Shown: positions 59,440 to 60,000 of the stretch, piece after piece
Layout of the letters: each line of letters starts with the position of its first letter
Numbering within the stretch: position 1 is the stretch's first letter
Origin: Felis catus
Lineage: Eukaryota
DNA: 60,000 nt
NCBI RefSeq assembly: GCF_018350175.1
Contig: NC_058369.1
Location: 4,032,001 to 4,092,000, forward strand
Direction: 5' to 3'
Program-made: the position numbers and the translations under genes
Notes under the pieces: generated by a model
Database searches by the model: none
Told to the model about the DNA's origin: nothing
What the model saw: the letters and a program-made list of their open reading frames with translations, nothing else

Positions 59440-60000
59440 ATTTCAGGTGCAGATTTTAAAAGCAAAATAAATTTCAGGTGGGTCCCCATCCCCTGAATGT
59501 GCCTTCCCCCTGCAAAAAAAAAAAAAAAAAGACAGAGGCTATAAGACTACTAGAAGAGAACATGGGAGTTCAAAATAATAACAATCCCAGTGTGTTGAAG
59601 CATGACATTAAGCCTGAAGCCTTTAATTAAAAGATTAGTAATTGATGGCATACAAATATAAAATTCCTGCGTGTGCACGCGTGTGCACACACACATCACA
59701 CATCCTAGGTCAATAGACAAAGTTAGGAAAACCTTTCCAAGACATGCTAGATGAAAAGCTGGTTTCCTTAATATGTAAAAAGCTCCCAGAAATCAATAAG
59801 TAAGGGCCAACAACCCAATAGAAAAAGCAGCAAAAGACAGTCTTTGGAAAGGAAATATGCATGTCTTCTAAGCATATGAATGGAGCTTCTTTTCACTCAC
59901 AGTAAACGAAATGTAAAACGAAACTACCACGAAATACCCTTTAAAAAAAAAAACGAAATCTAACGAGTTGCTAGAGATGAAAAAGTTTGATCGTTGACCA
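59440..60000 (+). mobile_element. Old L1ME-like ORF2/3' fragment
   Basis: A-rich L1 text: aagactactagaagagaacatggg...caacccaatagaaaa...gaaatgtaaaacgaaactaccacgaaatacc. Confidence 0.7.

Overview
This is GC-rich mammalian genomic DNA from a felid (cat family), judged from more than 20 tRNA-derived carnivore SINEs of the feline SINEC type. It contains one recognisable protein-coding gene, TINCR/TUBL, on the minus strand. TINCR encodes an 87-aa ubiquitin-like microprotein: coding exon 57271-57530 plus 4 coding nt (G TAG) at the start of a second exon at 54881, with a probable polyA signal at 51571-51576. The rest is gene desert, most likely orthologous to the human 19p13.3 interval next to TINCR on the ZNRF4/PTPRS side (inferred, as no other gene is visible). 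It is filled with SINEC, L2/MIR, L1M, MaLR/ERVL LTRs and hAT DNA transposons, interspersed with short AT-rich TAAT/ATTA islands that look like conserved enhancers. The most unusual signals are: (1) a 24-unit, 22-23 bp minisatellite grown inside an MLT1F-like LTR, in which 20 units carry an intact YY1 motif; (2) locally repeated L2-derived segments carrying CTCF motifs, including a divergent CTCF pair just beyond the TINCR 3' end; (3) an orphan CpG island with a perfect MEF2 site and a Kozak-flanked 96-aa ORF; (4) TINCR splicing features (stop codon created by splicing, possible NMD geometry, antisense-SINE exonisation potential). Repeat boundaries were read by eye and are approximate. Subfamily names come from recalled consensus sequences, not from a search.
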